This document shows, in pieces, positions 59,818-64,000 of a stretch of DNA of 64,000 nt. The position numbers and the translations under genes are program-made. The stretch is from the human T2T-CHM13v2.0 reference genome, Homo sapiens: the NCBI RefSeq assembly GCF_009914755.1, contig NC_060928.1, one strand, 5' to 3'. The first letter of the stretch is position 1. Each line of letters opens with the position of its first letter. Under the pieces are notes generated by a model. It had not been told where the DNA came from. It searched no databases and worked only from the letters and a program-made list of their open reading frames with translations.

Positions 59818-61670
59818 TTTGTGGTAGAATGAAGAACACAACCACAATATTTTGTAGCTCTTCCTAGCAAGAGATGGAATCATATCATTCAGAGTCCATT
59901 CTGGAGGTGGAAACCTAGTTACTTGAGATAATTGAATATAAATAAATGTTTATAACTAAGTATAAAAGTGTTAAGTAGGTCATTCAATAAAAAAGAGAAC
60001 ACTAAATTATCAGTGAGGTAGGAAGCAGCTACGTCCCTTAGGGGTGGTCAAAAGAGATTAGAATATTTCAATTTAGCAAGTTAGAGGAAGTGTACCATGA
60101 AGCAAAACAAATCAAACCTCTGAGGAAGGAATGTTGGCCAGCTTTTGTCAGAGTCGCTGAGGGATCCTGACCAGATCAGTACCATGTGTTGAGAAAATGA
60201 TCAACTAGATTAGGTTCCTGCCATGAGAAGGACCTGCTACTGGGTGTGAAGAAGTGATGATGCAGTGATGCACTCACATGAACCACAAGAATATAGGGAC
60301 CAAATTGGGAGAAGCAAGTCCACTTTCCTTTCTCCAATTTTGCAGTCTCTCTCTGTTATCTCTGACTCCACTGGCAAAGTCAAACATCATCTGCTCAGTC
60401 CCACCTCCATCATTACAACAAAGCAGAGTATAGAAGGATGAATTTGGATCTCAGTGAAAATTGCATAATCATCAATGCAAGGCTTCAATCTGGCAAAAGT
60501 GATGTTATTTAATTTTCAAGGCTAAGTCTCAAGAGGCATCTTTTCCTTTTGCTCACTTTGGATGCTACCTTGAGATCACCATGTACTGAAGGTAGTCTGG
60601 CTATTTGGAGGATGAGAAGCCACATGAAGGGGAATGATGGCATCCCAGAAGCCATCTTGGACCTACCATATTTTCTTGGGAGCTGGAAGCATATGTCCAG
60701 CTGTACCGTAGAATTGCTTCAAGTTAGGTGTTCTGTGTGCTTTCTGTTATTCCCTTTGAAGGGGACTGTCTAATGGAGTTCTCTAGTTTCTCTCTAATCA
60801 TTGTACGATGGATATCTTAATAATTAGTCTCTAGAAAACAGCTCTCTGGACCCACATAAATGCAGCCAAGAAGTTGTGCCTATATCTGAACTAGATGTAG
60901 ATTGTGAGATAGTGGGGTTTCTGTCTGATTCTGTAATGAGAGGAGAGTTGGAGGGGAAGGATGAGCAATGTTTTGCATGGGTGAGGAATGGAAGTCATCA
61001 TAATTGGAGGGTGGACTGAGGTAGACTGAAAAACATGGCTGCATTATTTTACAGCTCTTTTCATTAAAATTTTATTACAATGTGTAGAGAACTTAGTTTT
61101 CCCAGCCAAGAGCCAAACCAATTACCAGACCTGTGAGGCCACCTTGGATCTTCTAGCCCAGCTTAGCTTCCGGCTGAATGCAAGAGTAAGTCTAGATAAA
61201 ACTAGCAAAAGAATAGCCCAACTGTATTAGTTCATTTTCATGCTGCTGATAAAGACATACCCGAAACTGGGAACAAAAAGAGGTTTAATTGGACTTACAG
61301 TTCCACATGGCTGGGAGGGGCCTCAGAATCATGGTGGGAGGCAAAAGGCACTTGTTCCTTGGTGGCAACAAGGAAAAAATGAGGAGGAAGCAAAAGCGGA
61401 AACCCCTGATAAACCCATCAGATCTCATGAGACTTATTCACTATCATGAGAGTAGCATGAGAAAGACTGGCCCCCACGGCTCAATTACATCCCCCCGAGT
61501 CCCTCCCACAACACATGAGAATTCTGGGACATACAATTCAAGCTGAGATATGGGTGGGGACATAGCCAAACCATATCACCAGCTAATTCACAAAATCATG
61601 AGAAATAATAAATCATTGTTGTTTAAAGTCTCTAAGTTTCGAGGTGGTTTGTCTCACAATGCTAGCCAAT
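59818..61670. mobile_element. Degraded MLT1/ERVL-type LTR and internal fragments hosting a THE1 LTR
   Basis: MLT1-like ends (tgtggtagaatgaa; catgagaaataataaatcattgttgtttaaag...tgctagccaa); internal structure unresolved. Confidence 0.4.
61223..61578 (-). mobile_element. THE1C-like solo LTR
   Basis: gaagcaaaagcggaaacccctgataaacccatcagatctc; TG...CA ends; TSD ccaac/ccagc. Confidence 0.88.
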
Positions 61671-62884
61671 CTATATTACTTTAACAGGATCATTCTAGCT
61701 ATCTGGTTCAAGGAAGTCTATTAGAAGTAAGGGTGAGGAAAATATAAGGAACTAGAGAAGAAGGAAAACGTTATTCTATTCCTCAAGCTCAAATTAGAAA
61801 TTAAATTTTGAAAAACATAGAATATTTAAGGCAACAAAATGAATCTGTGATGGTAGACATTAAGGCAACAAGAAATAAACAAGGAAAGGTGGTTTTTAAG
61901 GCAAGGATCCTTACTAATGTCTCTAAAATCATACAATGCATGAACTATATGTAAAAAACTGAATATAGTTTCTGAATACATATAATAATAATAACTAGAA
62001 TTTAAATATACTAACTCATCTTTTCCTCACAATAAATCTATAAAAATTATACTATTATCTCTAACTTATAGGTGAAGAATTAGAAGTATAGGAGATTAAG
62101 CACCTTACCTCAGTTTGCAAAGCTAGTGAGAATTGGAGCTAGAATTCAAAGTCATACAGATTGAAAGTTCTAGAATCTGTTCTCTGAACTACTAGCTACA
62201 CCTCAAAGCGAAAGAATTTGGAGTGTTTCAGTTAAGTAGTTGACATTTACTGAATTTAAATTGCATTCAATTCCTAATGTGTATAATATATTTTATCTGA
62301 ATTCATGATGTATAGTTATAGGTTTGTTTTTGTCCTTAAAATTATTCCATTTTTTTAATGTAAATCTAAGACTCAGTCTAGCTATGATGGTAAGTAGAAA
62401 AGAGTGAGGGCAATTTTCCTAGAGCAGAGGATACGTGAGTTAGGTATTAAAGAAATAACAAGAATAAAACATCTTCCAAATTTCTGTGCACGTCAAAATC
62501 TTATCTAGTTTTCAAATTACAATATACAGGCTATGTTTTTTTATAAAAGCATTTCTGACTTTTTCCAGCCTGAAGTCATTGCTTTTCCACCAAATTTTTT
62601 AAATAACAAATATATCTCTCAGGACATATTTTCTATCTTGTCTGACATTTATTTATAGATATGTTGTATCTTCTTTAAGATGGAATCCAGGCAAGGTTTA
62701 TTTTTGTATTTCTTTTCCTTCCAATGTGATGAGTAGATAGGTGAGTGGAAGAATGAATGGATGATTAAAAGGATAGATGGATTGATGAATGAATGTCTCA
62801 TGCCTTTGAAGTAACTCACACTTTTAATCCACATTTTCAATATTGCCAAGGGAATATTTTTTGTAAAAAAAATTGTTTTACTCC

Positions 62885-63193
62885 AGCCAGGCACGGCAGC
62901 TCACGTCTGTAATTCTAGCACTTTGGGAGACTGAGGCTGGTTGATCACTTGAGGTCAGGAGTTCCAGTCCAGTCTGCCCAACATGGTGAAATCCCATCTG
63001 TACTAAAAATACAAAAATTAGCCAGACATGGTGTTGGGCTCCTGTAGTCCCAGCTACTCAGGAGGCTGAGGCAGGATAATCATTTGAACCCAGGAGGCAG
63101 AGGTTGCCGTGAGCCGAGATCACACTACTGCACTTCAGCCTGGGTGACAGGGCAAGACTGTATCTCCAGAAAAAAAAGAAAAGAAAAGAAGAA
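62885..63193 (+). mobile_element. AluS SINE
   Basis: Alu dimer with (GAAAA)n tail. Confidence 0.88.
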
Positions 63194-63557
63194 AGCTTTA
63201 CTGATATGCTAAGACAAATTAATGATAAGTTATTGAATTGTTTCATAGAATTATCCGGGTAAGAAGGATATGCCATGTTGTTTGGCCTGATTGCCTGTCT
63301 TTCCACAAAACTACCCAATAGTCATTTTTTAATAATCATTTTGAAATTGTCATTACTCATCCCCCTAGTCTGTTTCTTTTATTAATTCATTTTTGTGCAT
63401 CTGTTTGAATATCCATATGTAAGGAACTATTTCACTGATGTGCCAGGCCTTTCTTATTTCCAATCAAAGTATTTCTCATCATAATATAAGCTTATTTTTT
63501 CTTAATTTTTGAATGCAGAGACTACCTCTGATACTTAAAAAAAGTAAATCAGTTACC

Positions 63558-63716
63558 CAGGACTGTCACATAATTTGCAAGGATAAGTGGAAAATAAAGA
63601 TGTGGGCCCCGTGTTGAAGAAATATTGTTAATTTCAAGATGGCGACAGCAGGTCATTAAAGCAATCACGGGGCCCTGTGTGACTGCATGGGTTTCACACT
63701 CATGAAGTGGGCCCTG
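63558..63716 (-). mobile_element. MER45A-like hAT-Tip100 DNA transposon
   Basis: cagg...ccctg termini, ttcaagatggcgacagcag core, 8-bp TSD cagttacc/gagttacc. Confidence 0.75.
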
Positions 63717-63812
63717 GAGTTACCTTTAGACTTTTCGTCTGTAACCTTGATAATTAGCTATTTTGCCATGGAAGCAGAATTAAATACCTCTTTACTTCAC
63801 TTTCCAGTGGTG

Positions 63813-63860
63813 AAACAAAACAAAACAAAACAAAACAAAACAAAACGAAATGAAACAAAA
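63813..63860. repeat. (AAAAC)n microsatellite
   Basis: Seen directly. Confidence 0.9.
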
Positions 63861-64000
63861 CACCTTTGATGATAACCATGAAATGCCACCGAACATGTAC
63901 TTTAGGGGTGGTTAGGCTGTGTATTTACATGTTCTGCCTATTGAGATATTAGAACATTATTGAAGTATAATGTAATACAGATGAGTGCACATTATAGGTG

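Overview
AT-rich, CpG-depleted primate (human-like) genomic DNA dominated by Alu, L1, MaLR/ERV LTR, MIR/L2 and DNA-transposon relics. It holds one credible protein-coding gene: NAA11 (ARD1B/ARD2), the retrocopy of NAA10, on the minus strand. Its CDS (15662->14973) is intronless, it has a CpG-rich promoter, and it probably carries an acquired 3'-UTR intron to an exon near 7.5 kb. Upstream of the gene lie a nested ERV LTR cluster (20.3-25 kb) and a 15-kb stack of nested retroelements built on an old L1MA element (30-45 kb). The most unusual object is a ~1.4-kb insert at 42033-43427 that splits that L1. It has target-site duplications, an oligo(A) tail, an AATAAA and a structured (TC/TCTG)n tract. 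I recognise it from memory as the pyrimidine-rich intergenic spacer (IGS) of the 45S rDNA repeat, which would make it an L1-retrotransposed, polyadenylated rDNA-IGS transcript. Repeat subfamily calls were made by eye from remembered consensus sequences and need RepeatMasker/Dfam confirmation; many boundaries are approximate.
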